Positions 36,155-46,200 of a stretch of 64,000 bases of DNA are shown piece by piece. This stretch comes from an uncultured Prevotellaceae bacterium (GTDB lineage Bacteria > Bacteroidota > Bacteroidia > Bacteroidales > Bacteroidaceae). Position 1 is the stretch's first letter; each line of letters opens with the position of its first letter. The notes beneath the pieces are model-generated. The model had not been told where the DNA came from. It worked only from the letters and a program-made list of their open reading frames with translations, and ran no database searches. The stretch is from assembly GCA_900314985.1 (NCBI GenBank), contig OMXL01000004.1, forward strand, positions 7,502 to 71,501, written 5' to 3'. The position numbers and the translations under genes were made by a program.

Positions 36155-36812
36155 CGGAGAGAAAACAGTAGAAGAGAGTGGCGCAACCACTCTCTTCTTA
36201 GTACGTCATGGTGAGACTGTCGATAATGCCCGACAGATCATGCAGGGACAGACGCAGGGGTGCCTGAATGAGAAGGGTAGAGAACAGGCCCAGCAGGTGG
36301 CGCAGCGACTGGCAGGAGAAGCGATTGATGCCGTTGTTGCCAGCGACCTGCACCGCGCCATACAAACAGCTGAAATCATCGCCGCGCCTCATGGTTTACC
36401 TGTAAGGACTACTAAACTGCTTCGCGAACGCGACTGGGGAGGTTTTACAGGACGTTATATTCCCGATTTGAAAGGCGAGGTATGGCCTGATGACATAGAA
36501 AGTGAACAGGCCTTGTTGCAGCGTGCTGCTGACTTTCTGCAATACATAACGGCCACCTATCCCGGTAAGCGGGTGGTGGCCGTAGGTCATGGCATTATCA
36601 ACAAAGCTATTTTATCTGTTTATGCGGGATGTACGATGCGCGAGGTGCAACGTATGATGAATGCTGAGGTGCGTATCTTAACGACGACTGCCGAACGAAC
36701 CGCTGCTTCTGCTGCCGCCGCTATGGCTGCTACTGCTGCGGCTGCCTCCTCCAAAACCTCCACGACTGGCGCTGCTACTGCTGGAGCTACTACTGCGGCT
36801 ACTGCCGAATGA
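36147..36812 (+). CDS. Histidine phosphatase (phosphoglycerate mutase family) with Ala/Thr-rich read-through tail
   Basis: LVRHGET, SDLHRAIQTA, LRERDWG, VGHG. The tail lies antisense to the 3' end of the next gene. Confidence 0.88.
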   Translation: MYNGEKTVEESGATTLFLVRHGETVDNARQIMQGQTQGCLNEKGREQAQQVAQRLAGEAIDAVVASDLHRAIQTAEIIAAPHGLPVRTTKLLRERDWGGFTGRYIPDLKGEVWPDDIESEQALLQRAADFLQYITATYPGKRVVAVGHGIINKAILSVYAGCTMREVQRMMNAEVRILTTTAERTAASAAAAMAATAAAASSKTSTTGAATAGATTAATAE

Positions 36813-37601
36813 GCCATTGCTGCGGCTACTGCCAAATGATCCTCCATTGCTGCCGCGGCTGCTGCCAAATGAGCCACTGCTGCGGCTGCTACCGAATGAG
36901 CCACTGCTGTGATTGACAGTAGTACGTGTAGAACTGGTGCGTGGTCCTCCAGAGTTGTCTGGACGATGATGACCCTTGCCATGGTTTGTGCTGGTGCCAC
37001 CATGATGACCTGTTGTACCGCCATGATGTCCTAAGTTTCCTCCGTGATGACTTGGCTTTCCACCGTGATGGTGGTGGAAGTCACCGCGATTCCAACGATC
37101 TAACATGCCAAAGTGTGTATGTCTTGCAGGACGGAAGTGGTGGCGGTGGTGATAGTAGTAACCGTGTGTACCATGCAGATGCCAGGCGTGAGCACCACGA
37201 TAGGTGGCATAGAACACTGGACGTCCGAAATAGAAGTAGTCGCGATGTGGATAGCGGGCATAGATGCCGAAATGCCAGTAACCGTCGCTCCAGTATAGTG
37301 GACGGTAGAAATAACTGGCAGCGATATATGCCTGCCACTGTGCATCAAGGAGTATGTAGCTAAGGTCGCGGTTGCGGCGCTCCCAGTAGTCACCATAGAC
37401 GTCATCGTAGCTCGTTACACCCATCAGGTAGTCGAGGTTGATTTCGTAGGCGGCCTCATACTGCTCATCAGTCAGATTCAGCTCGTAAGCCATTTTATCG
37501 GTCAGGAACAGTGCCTCATTGCGAGCCTGTTCGTAACTCATTGCCTTGCCCGATGCTGCTATCGTCAGCATACCGAAAAGGGCTATCATCATCTTCTTCA
37601 T
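36678..37601 (-). CDS. Exported hypothetical protein with LTxxQ motif and His/Gly/Ser-rich disordered tail
   Basis: Signal peptide; LTDKMAYELNLTDEQY; aromatic/His-rich middle; GSFGSSRS repeats. Confidence 0.75.
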   Translation of the reverse strand: MKKMMIALFGMLTIAASGKAMSYEQARNEALFLTDKMAYELNLTDEQYEAAYEINLDYLMGVTSYDDVYGDYWERRNRDLSYILLDAQWQAYIAASYFYRPLYWSDGYWHFGIYARYPHRDYFYFGRPVFYATYRGAHAWHLHGTHGYYYHHRHHFRPARHTHFGMLDRWNRGDFHHHHGGKPSHHGGNLGHHGGTTGHHGGTSTNHGKGHHRPDNSGGPRTSSTRTTVNHSSGSFGSSRSSGSFGSSRGSNGGSFGSSRSNGSFGSSRSSSSSSSSASRGGFGGGSRSSSSHSGGSRSSGSFGSRR

Positions 37602-37628
37602 AATTGCAAGTATTAATTGTTCACGTTG

Positions 37629-37774
37629 CAAAGGTAGGAAGAATATGGACATAGTACAAAGGATTATCCCTATACCCTCAGGGGGATTTCCCTATACTTG
37701 GCTTTGGAAAAACATACTAAACCTCGGAAAAAGTGAAATATATTTGCTTTTTCGCTCACTTATTCGTACCTTTG
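37629..37774. promoter_or_regulatory. Divergent promoters with a direct repeat
   Basis: TACCTTTG minus (37629-37636) and plus (37767-37774); TCCCTATAC at 37667 and 37689 (22-bp period). Confidence 0.6.
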
Positions 37775-37796
37775 CACCCGATTTTGAAATAATAAG

Positions 37797-38420
37797 GTGA
37801 AAATGAAGGATATAAAAGCTGCATTATTCGATCTGGATGGTGTCGTGTTTGACACGGAGCCGCAGTATACGATATTCTGGGGTTCGCAGTGCCGTGAGTT
37901 CCATCCGGAGCATCCAGGACTGGAGCACGAGATTAAGGGACAGACGCTGGTGCAGATATACGATGCGTGGTTTTCAGGTGAACTGACTGATAAGCAGCCT
38001 CTGATTACAGAGCGCTTGAATCAGTTTGAACAACAGATGGATTATAACTATGTGGCAGGCTTTGAGGCGTTTGTTGCTAAGCTGCGCCAACAAGGTGTGA
38101 AGACGGCTGTGGTAACCAGCTCGAACCAGCCTAAGATGCAGGCGGTATATGCCAGTCGGCCTGAGTTCCGTGGTCTGTTTGATGCCATTCTTACTTCAGA
38201 AGATTTCGAACGTTCCAAGCCTGATCCCGACTGCTATCTGAAGGCAGCCGAGCGCTTTGGCGTGGAACCCAAAGATTGTGTAGTCTTCGAAGACTCGTTT
38301 AATGGTTTGAAGTCTGGTCGAGCTGCAGGCATGTATGTGATAGGCTTAGCCACAACGAACGCTGCTGATGCTATTCGTCCACTATGTGACGAAGTGGTTA
38401 GCGACTTCACACAGTTATAA
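37797..38420 (+). CDS. HAD-family phosphatase (beta-PGM-like)
   Basis: FDLDGVVFDT, VTSS, SKPDPDCY, VFEDS.NG. Confidence 0.92.
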   Translation: MKMKDIKAALFDLDGVVFDTEPQYTIFWGSQCREFHPEHPGLEHEIKGQTLVQIYDAWFSGELTDKQPLITERLNQFEQQMDYNYVAGFEAFVAKLRQQGVKTAVVTSSNQPKMQAVYASRPEFRGLFDAILTSEDFERSKPDPDCYLKAAERFGVEPKDCVVFEDSFNGLKSGRAAGMYVIGLATTNAADAIRPLCDEVVSDFTQL

Positions 38421-38460
38421 TTATCAATTCTCAATAGTCAATTTTTAATTTTAAAAAGTT

Positions 38461-39282
38461 ATGTCAGGATATTTAGTTAGCGACAATCGCAAAGTAACAA
38501 CACACCGTTTTATGGAGATGAAGCAGAAAGGCGAGAAGATCTCCATGCTTACCTCGTATGACTATACCATGGCTGGCATCGTCGACAAGGCTGGCGTCGA
38601 TGCTATCCTCGTTGGTGACTCTGCATCGAATGTGATGGCAGGTAATGCTACCACACTGCCGATGTCTGTGGACCATATGATTTATCACGCCCGTTCGGTG
38701 GTGCGTGCTACACAGCGCGCCTTGGTAGTGTGCGACATGCCCTTCGGTTCGTATCAGGTGAATGCTGCAGAGGGTGTGGCCAACGCCATCCGCATCATGA
38801 AGGAGAGTGGTTGCGACGCCCTGAAAATGGAGGGTGGTGAGGAAATTCTCGACACAGTGAAGCGCATTCTTGACGCTGGTATCCCCGTAATGGCACATCT
38901 GGGACTGACACCTCAGTCAATTAATAAGTTTGGTACCTATGCCGTGCGCGCCAAGGAACAGGCTGAGGCTGAGAAGCTGATGCATGACGCCCAGTTGCTG
39001 GATGAGGTAGGCTGCTTTGGCATCACACTGGAGAAGGTGCCTGCAGCGTTGGCTGCGGAAGTGACCAAGATGGTGAAGTGTCCGACCATCGGTATTGGTG
39101 CAGGCAATGGCTGTGACGGTCAGGTGCTGGTGATTGCTGACATGTTGGGCATGACTCAGGGCTTCTCACCGCGTTTCCTGCGTCGCTATGCCGACTTGAA
39201 CACCATCATCAACGATGCTGTGGGACACTACGTGGAGGACGTCAAGAGCGGCGACTTCCCCAATGCGAACGAATCGTATTAA
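38461..39282 (+). CDS. panB: 3-methyl-2-oxobutanoate hydroxymethyltransferase
   Basis: MLTSYD, LVGDS, DMPFGSY, K.EGG, GHLGLTPQ-like, [16 protein letters not shown]. Confidence 0.97.
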   Translation: MSGYLVSDNRKVTTHRFMEMKQKGEKISMLTSYDYTMAGIVDKAGVDAILVGDSASNVMAGNATTLPMSVDHMIYHARSVVRATQRALVVCDMPFGSYQVNAAEGVANAIRIMKESGCDALKMEGGEEILDTVKRILDAGIPVMAHLGLTPQSINKFGTYAVRAKEQAEAEKLMHDAQLLDEVGCFGITLEKVPAALAAEVTKMVKCPTIGIGAGNGCDGQVLVIADMLGMTQGFSPRFLRRYADLNTIINDAVGHYVEDVKSGDFPNANESY

Positions 39283-39285
39283 TGA

Positions 39286-40455
39286 ATGAATACACAGAAT
39301 ACTCCTGTTCATATCAAGCTGTGGCATAGAGATTTCTGGCTGATGGCGGTGGCATCCTTGCTGCTAACCTTGTCAGTCTATATTCTGTTGCCTGTAATGC
39401 CGCGCTGGCTGATGGAAGAAGAGCATTTCTCTGCTGTTGAAGCTGGACGTTGTATGGGCGTCTTTGGCTTAGGAATATATCTGCTTGGTATGTTCTGTTC
39501 ATGGCTCGTGCAGCGTTATCGTCGTAACGTGGTATGTATGTGGGCTATGGTGGCACTGATTGTCAATCTGTCACTATTGTATTATATAGATACGGTGCAT
39601 ACAGATTCAGCCATGTTCTCCATTGTGATGGTTCATCGTTTCATCCTTGGTGCCACTTTCGGACTGGCTCAGATGGTATTGTCATCGACACTGATTATTG
39701 ATACGTGTGAGTCGTTCCAACGTACGGAGGCCAATCATAGTGCCTCATGGTTTGCACGCTTTGCGCTGTCGTTAGGACCACTGGCAGGACTTGTCATCTA
39801 TGGCCTCTATGGTTTCAATGGTGTTTTGTTGGGAGCCTTAGGATGTGCATTGGGTGCTTTGCTGCTGGTGAAGATTGTTACGTTCCCGTTCCGTACACCC
39901 GAAGAGGGTGTCAAGGTGGTATCGCTTGACCGCTTTTTCTTGACGCATGGCTTTGTGCTGTTTGTCAACCTGCTACTGGTTACCGTCGTGATAGGTTTGC
40001 TACTGTCCATGCCCTTCGAACCGCTTTTCTATGCGTTGATGATGGCTGGCTTCTTGTTTGCTTTGCTAGCGCAGCGTTTCGTATTTCGTGACGCTGAGCT
40101 GAAGAGTGAGATTATTACGGGATTGTTCCTGCTGTTAGCTGCCTTACTCATCTTGCTCGTTGCACCTGCATCGCCAGTATCTCCCATTTTTGTCGGACTG
40201 AGTGCAGGCATTATTGGTTCACGTTTCCTGCTGTTCTTTATCAAGTTGAGCCGTCATTGTCAGCGTGGTACTTCGCAGAGTACTTATTTCTTGGGCTGGG
40301 AAACAGGACTTGCCGCAGGACTTGCTATAGGATATAGTTGTTTCTATCAGCAACCTACTCAGCTGATTGATACAGCCTTAGTGCTGACTGGTGTAGCGCT
40401 ATTGCTCTATCATTTCTATACGCATCAGTGGTTCTTGCGTAATAAGAACCGTTAG
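39286..40455 (+). CDS. MFS transporter
   Basis: About 12 hydrophobic helices with MFS-like spacing. Confidence 0.8.
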   Translation: MNTQNTPVHIKLWHRDFWLMAVASLLLTLSVYILLPVMPRWLMEEEHFSAVEAGRCMGVFGLGIYLLGMFCSWLVQRYRRNVVCMWAMVALIVNLSLLYYIDTVHTDSAMFSIVMVHRFILGATFGLAQMVLSSTLIIDTCESFQRTEANHSASWFARFALSLGPLAGLVIYGLYGFNGVLLGALGCALGALLLVKIVTFPFRTPEEGVKVVSLDRFFLTHGFVLFVNLLLVTVVIGLLLSMPFEPLFYALMMAGFLFALLAQRFVFRDAELKSEIITGLFLLLAALLILLVAPASPVSPIFVGLSAGIIGSRFLLFFIKLSRHCQRGTSQSTYFLGWETGLAAGLAIGYSCFYQQPTQLIDTALVLTGVALLLYHFYTHQWFLRNKNR

Positions 40456-40461
40456 AATAGT

Positions 40462-43173
40462 TTACCGTCTGCACATCTGCAGATACGGACAAGTACGACA
40501 GACCTTCAAGTCTGTAGTGGGAGTGAACGGGATGTTCTGTGAGAATATCTCGTTCACTTTTGCTTCCAGCAGCTCGCAGAAACGCTCGCTATATTCTCGA
40601 ATGTCGAGAATCCTCTCCTTGCCGAAGCACAACGTGGGGTCGTAGTCTTTGCTTGCAGCATGCTGGATGAACAGCAGGGCTGGTGAAACGGGACTAGACT
40701 CCTGGCGACTGACGATGTCGGCATAGGTGAAGGTTTGCAGATAGTAGTCGGAGTGGTCGTGAATCTTAGCAGGGTCGAAGATGTCCTCTACACTGCCCAG
40801 CGCTTTCAGCTTCCTGCTGCCCGTCTTGTAGTCTACCACACGGATGCGTCCATCGCTCATCTGGTCTAAGCGGTCAATGCGTCCACCGATTCTAAGAGGT
40901 GAGTGGTGAGTGGTGAGTGGTGAGAACTCGCGTGTGACGTCGCACTCCAGACCCAGAATGTCGAAGGGAGTAAGGGCCTTATCAATCTCGATGAGCTGTC
41001 GCAGGTAGCGGATAATGACCTCTCGATTAATAAGGTGTAGACCACCCATGACGGCATAGGGTAACTCCTGATGGAAGGCGTCGTCTACTGCTTTCTCAAT
41101 GGCTATCTTACTTTTCAGTAGCTGATCAAGGGACTCTCGTGTGACATGCTTGGGTAGCTGGTGATAGAGCGTGTCGGCAGCCTGGTGGAAGATGTTACCG
41201 AAGATACGGTTGTCGAGTTCTTGTTCATCATCGGGCTCGTCTGGCTCCTTGATGCCCGCAATGTAACGATAGTAGAACTGCAGGGGACAGCGCATGTATT
41301 TGTTGATGGCTGAAGGTGACAGTAAGGTATCATTACCCGTGAATTGCTGATAGAGCAGTTTAAGGACATGCTCCGTTTTCTCGATGGCATCGGGTGTATA
41401 GCGGGCAATCGTTTTGCCCGATTGTAACGCATGCTGTGTGATGGTCTGCCCACTCTCTACCATCAGCTGTAGCATGAAACGACTCATCTCACCACGTTGA
41501 CCGTCCTCTGTAGCATTGTTCCATAGAATGGTGACATCCTTGGCACGCTGCAACAGGCGATGGAAATAGTAGGCATAGATGCTTACCTTGTTCTCTACGG
41601 TGGTCAACTCGTAGGCTTGACGGATGTTGTGCGGAATGAACGAGCTGTCATTAACACCCTTGGGCATGTTACCCTCATTGCAGCTAAGCAGCAGCACATG
41701 GTCGAAGTCGAGGTTGCGGGTTTCCAAAACGCCCATTACCTGAATACCTTCAGCGGGCTCACCGTGGAAGGGAATAGTGGTCTGTTGAATCAGCTGGTTG
41801 ACGAGGCGTTGCAGTGTGGTGTTTGTTACCTGTAGGTCGCCACTCTCAATAAGCGCATTAAGGCGGTTGATGAGCGTATAGGCGCGGAATAACGATTCTT
41901 GGAATAGCGGATCTGTAATCTCATCCTTGGCACCTTGGGCAATCTGTCGCAGCATTTTGCAGAGTTCTAAGGTAATCTCTTGCTTCTTGCTTCCTGCCTC
42001 TTGCTTCTCTTCTACATATTTATAATATGGATGTCTTTTGAAGGCGCGCACCAGTCGAGGACTGCTACCACCCAGCAGCATGTCGTAGTAGCGTTGGATG
42101 AAGGAAGCGACAGGAGTCTGCGACAAGGGATAGCCCGTGGTGACATTGACTTTTTCTACCTCATCGGGCAGACAATGGATAACGGTGGGTAGCAGTTGTT
42201 CGTTACAAAGCACGATGGCTGTCTTCCTGCCGTCCTTGTAGCGCTGCTGGTCGCGCAGCCAACTGCTGACATAGCGTGCCTGGATATGTTCCGTGGGTGC
42301 TGCGAGGTAGGTGATCTCTTTGGGATGTTGGAAATTCTTATAGATATCATCATTCTGACTATCCAACTCGTTGGGGAAGTATTTGAGGTAGGTGGCGATA
42401 TAGCGGCCAGCCTCGTGGTTGTGCATATAGTAGTCGTCGAAATCCCAATAGAAGTATGCCTTCCCTGCCTTTTGCAGTTGTGAGAAGAACTGCTGCTCTA
42501 CCTTCTGTAGCAGGTTGAAGCCCACGAAGAGGTAGCGGTCGTACTCGGAGTGGTGAGAGGTGAGGGGTGAGGGGTGAGAGGTGACCACAGAGCGGTAGAG
42601 GGCACCTTCGTAGGCGAGACCTTGTTGGGCAAGACGTCCGTTGAAGTCGTGATAGATATCAATGAAGTGGCTCCACAGTCGCAGGAAGCGCTGTTTGAGC
42701 TCCGTCTCATGCTCCTCAGTGAAGTGGCTGAAGAAGTGTTTCAGCAGCTCTCGCTGTTCATCCGTGAGGTAGCTGAGGTCATCGAGCTCATGAATGTCGC
42801 GCAGGTTAGCAAAGACGCGGTCGGCATCGGCCATATTCTTGTCGATGTCGTCGAAGTCGCTGATGAGCAGTTGTCCCCAACCATAGAATTTGTCGAGCGT
42901 CTCCTCGGAGCCTGTATGCAGGCAGAACGACTTGTGAAGATCACATACCAGCTTGATAGGGTCAGCCACTGATAGTGGCGATTGCTGGCGGAACAGTTCG
43001 CTGATGGTGATATAGGCAGGACTCCACAGTGGCTTGCCATTCGTTAGACGCGCCAGTTTGTCATTGAGAAACAGCGAGGCACGTTTGTTGGGGAACACCA
43101 CCGCTGTACGTGACAAGTCGGTGCCGTATTTCTGGATGATATCTTCTGCGACGTATTCTAAAAAACTCTTCAT
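40462..43173 (-). CDS. AddB-like PD-(D/E)XK nuclease subunit
   Basis: VFPNKRA, QVMGVLETRNLDF, LSPSAINKYMRCP, GRIDRLD, VDYKTG, C-terminal CRTCPY..MC. Confidence 0.88.
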   Translation of the reverse strand: MKSFLEYVAEDIIQKYGTDLSRTAVVFPNKRASLFLNDKLARLTNGKPLWSPAYITISELFRQQSPLSVADPIKLVCDLHKSFCLHTGSEETLDKFYGWGQLLISDFDDIDKNMADADRVFANLRDIHELDDLSYLTDEQRELLKHFFSHFTEEHETELKQRFLRLWSHFIDIYHDFNGRLAQQGLAYEGALYRSVVTSHPSPLTSHHSEYDRYLFVGFNLLQKVEQQFFSQLQKAGKAYFYWDFDDYYMHNHEAGRYIATYLKYFPNELDSQNDDIYKNFQHPKEITYLAAPTEHIQARYVSSWLRDQQRYKDGRKTAIVLCNEQLLPTVIHCLPDEVEKVNVTTGYPLSQTPVASFIQRYYDMLLGGSSPRLVRAFKRHPYYKYVEEKQEAGSKKQEITLELCKMLRQIAQGAKDEITDPLFQESLFRAYTLINRLNALIESGDLQVTNTTLQRLVNQLIQQTTIPFHGEPAEGIQVMGVLETRNLDFDHVLLLSCNEGNMPKGVNDSSFIPHNIRQAYELTTVENKVSIYAYYFHRLLQRAKDVTILWNNATEDGQRGEMSRFMLQLMVESGQTITQHALQSGKTIARYTPDAIEKTEHVLKLLYQQFTGNDTLLSPSAINKYMRCPLQFYYRYIAGIKEPDEPDDEQELDNRIFGNIFHQAADTLYHQLPKHVTRESLDQLLKSKIAIEKAVDDAFHQELPYAVMGGLHLINREVIIRYLRQLIEIDKALTPFDILGLECDVTREFSPLTTHHSPLRIGGRIDRLDQMSDGRIRVVDYKTGSRKLKALGSVEDIFDPAKIHDHSDYYLQTFTYADIVSRQESSPVSPALLFIQHAASKDYDPTLCFGKERILDIREYSERFCELLEAKVNEIFSQNIPFTPTTDLKVCRTCPYLQMCRR

Positions 43174-43211
43174 ACTATAACCATTAACCAATAACCATTA
43201 ACCAATAACCG

Positions 43212-46200
43212 TTAACCAATAACCTCCTCGATTTTATTGCTATACACATACCACAGCCACCCCTTTACATTCGGGTGTCCCATCTGTTGCAACAGCTGCA
43301 TGTATTCACGTACCTGCTCCTGGTATTCAGGTTTTGGTCGACCAAACTTAAAGTCGACCACATGCGTCTCTTGTCCGTCTGTCATCACACGGTCGGGACG
43401 GCGTTCTTCCACTACACCTTGTTCGTTGAGGCGCAGAATGCTACACTCGTTGAATAATTGCCAACGGCCAGAGAACCAGTCCTTCACACGAAGGTTTTCT
43501 AAACGTTTGTGTAGCATCGCTGTCAGTTTTGCTGCGGTCACCTCATCATCGTAGAGCACACCATCATGCTGCAACTGGCACAGGGCACCTTCGATGTCCG
43601 CTGTGGTGTGGATGGTTGAGAATATCTCATGGAGCACACTGCCCATCTTGATGTAGCTGAGCTCTTGCTGTTCGTCATCGCCCTCAATGAACTCGCGGCT
43701 CTTGTTACTCTGGCGGAACTCTGTCTTGCCCTCGAAGGTCTCCAACTGAATCTGTACAGGCGTGACGGGCTTGAGGAAAACGTTTTCGCTGATGGGCTTA
43801 ATGGGTTTAATGGGCGATGTGGGGGATGTGGGCCCATTCAGCCCATTAGAGCCATAAGAAAAATCCAACTCACTTTCCTCGTCATCTTCGCCGCTAATGA
43901 CACTTCCCTCCAGTTTCATTTCCGATAGTACAGCCTCGATGAGTGCCGAACGGTTGCTCTTTGCACCTCGTTGCCCAATGACATACAGACTGTCTACGGC
44001 ACGCGTGAAGGCCACATACAGCAGGTTGAGATTATCAACGATGTTCTGCAGATGTTCGTCTAAATAGTATTGTTCATAGATGGTGCCTTTCATCTGGCTG
44101 GCGCTGAAGTCGATAGGTGCCAGTGGTAGTGCATCGAACGGTGTCTCAGTAGGTTTGCACCAGAGCACGTCGGGCATCTCCAATTTCCAATCGCAGAAGG
44201 GGATAATGACATGAGGATATTCCAGACCCTTACTCTTATGGATGGACAGGATGCGCACACCGTCTGCAGCGTCGCTTTGGATGGTCTTACTACAGATGGT
44301 CTCTTCCCACTCACGGATGAATGCATCAATATCTGAGGTGTAGTCCTGTACAAACTGATTCAGACGGTCGTAGAAGGCGCAGAGATAGGCACTCTGTTCG
44401 TTAAGACGCTCCAGTTGGAAGATGCTATAGAGTCGCTCAACCAATTCGTAGAGTGGCATCTGTAGCAGTTCCTGCATGTGTTGGATATAGGCCTCAGGCA
44501 ATAGCGTGTCGAGGTTGCGGTCTTTGATGAGCAACTCCTGCTCGGCAACTGAATTACTGAGCACGGTGCGCTGGTAAAGCTTGACGATGGTGGCCTTAGC
44601 CAGCAGGTCGTCAGGATGCGTCAATAGGTGGAGAGCCTGAATGAGCAGACAGATGGATACAGAGGCATCAAGTCGGAAGGCCTCGTCACTGATGATTCGC
44701 ACGTCTGGCAGATGCTCGTCGAAATAGGCAGCGATAAGGGGGATATGCTTGTTAGTGCGTACGAGAATGGCAATGTCGTGCAATGCTACTCCTTGCTGCT
44801 GCAATGCTCGTATCGTATCAGCAATGGCTGTCATCGTCTGCTCTTGATAGTCGTCAGCAGGCAGTAGGCGGATGTTGACATAGCCACTGCGGTTGCGTCC
44901 TTCGGGTATTTCCTGAGCGACATCGTCATAAGCGTGGCGCAGTTGCTCAGCGCCAGCAGGATATTCCTCGCGCTGTGCCTCGTATTCTTGTTTGGCAGCC
45001 GTCTGGAAGAAGGCATTGTTGAATTCTATGATGTTACGTGCCGAACGCCAGTTGACCTTCAACGGCTGTATCTCTACCGATTCTTGAGCATAGGGGAACT
45101 GCTGGTCGATGGCGTTGAGCAGGCGCCAGTCACCAGAGCGCCAGCGGTAGATGCTCTGCTTGACATCGCCCACTATCAGGTTTTGAGAATCCTGGTGACT
45201 CATGCACTCCTGCAATAGCACCTTGAAGTTCTGCCACTGTACGGTACTGGTATCCTGAAACTCGTCAATCATGACGTGTTCCAGCTGAGTACCAATCTTC
45301 TCAAAGATAAATGGTGAGTCGCTGTCGCTGATAAGGTCGTGCAACAGCTGTTGCGTATCGCTAAGCAGGAAGCGGTTGGCCTCTTCATTGAGGTTACGCA
45401 CCTTCTGTTCAATGCTACCTAATAGACGTAGCTGACTGAGGTGGCGCAGTGTGAGGTCGGCAGACTGGTAAATCTTATATTGTCGTGGTCGCTCGTCCAT
45501 CGCACGAATCAGCAATGGCCTCAGTGAAGACTCTGCAACAGCATAGATATGCGCAGCCTGTTCACTCTTCTTGGAATACCATTTCTCTGGGTCCTCCCTA
45601 CAGTCGCAGACGCGCTTACCCTCAATACTCTCGTCGAACACTCCATTCTGTAGCTTGATGAAGAATCCTGCGACACCAGATTTCTTGTTGGAAAGGTCGT
45701 CGATGCTCAGTCCTTCGCTCTCCAGAATGTCGAAGAACTCATTGCCCATAGCCTTCATGTGCTCCAGAGCCGTACTGCGCAGTTCTTTCAACTGTTTGGT
45801 ATATTCCTCCATGAAACCCTTCTGGCTAATGACATTACCCAGTTCCTTACGGTTGGCTTTGTAGTAGTCGCGGAAGATGGTCTTACCAAACTGTTTCACC
45901 TGTCCGATGATGTTCCATGAATGGTCGTCGTTGATCTTCTCCATGATATAGCTCAGCAACCATTGCAGCATGCGGTCGGTATGTGTCAGAGAGTCGATGA
46001 GTTGGTCGACAGCCTGCTCTTCCACCTGTGTATCGTTCAGACTGATACGCAGGTTAGCTGTTAGGTCGAGCTCACGAGCTAGATTGCGCAACACGCTCTG
46101 GAAGAACGAGTCGATGGTCTCTACGCGGAAATAGTTGTAGTTATGCAGCAGCAGACGCAATGCGATGCCAGCACGCTCTTTAATGGTATTGATGGGTAAC

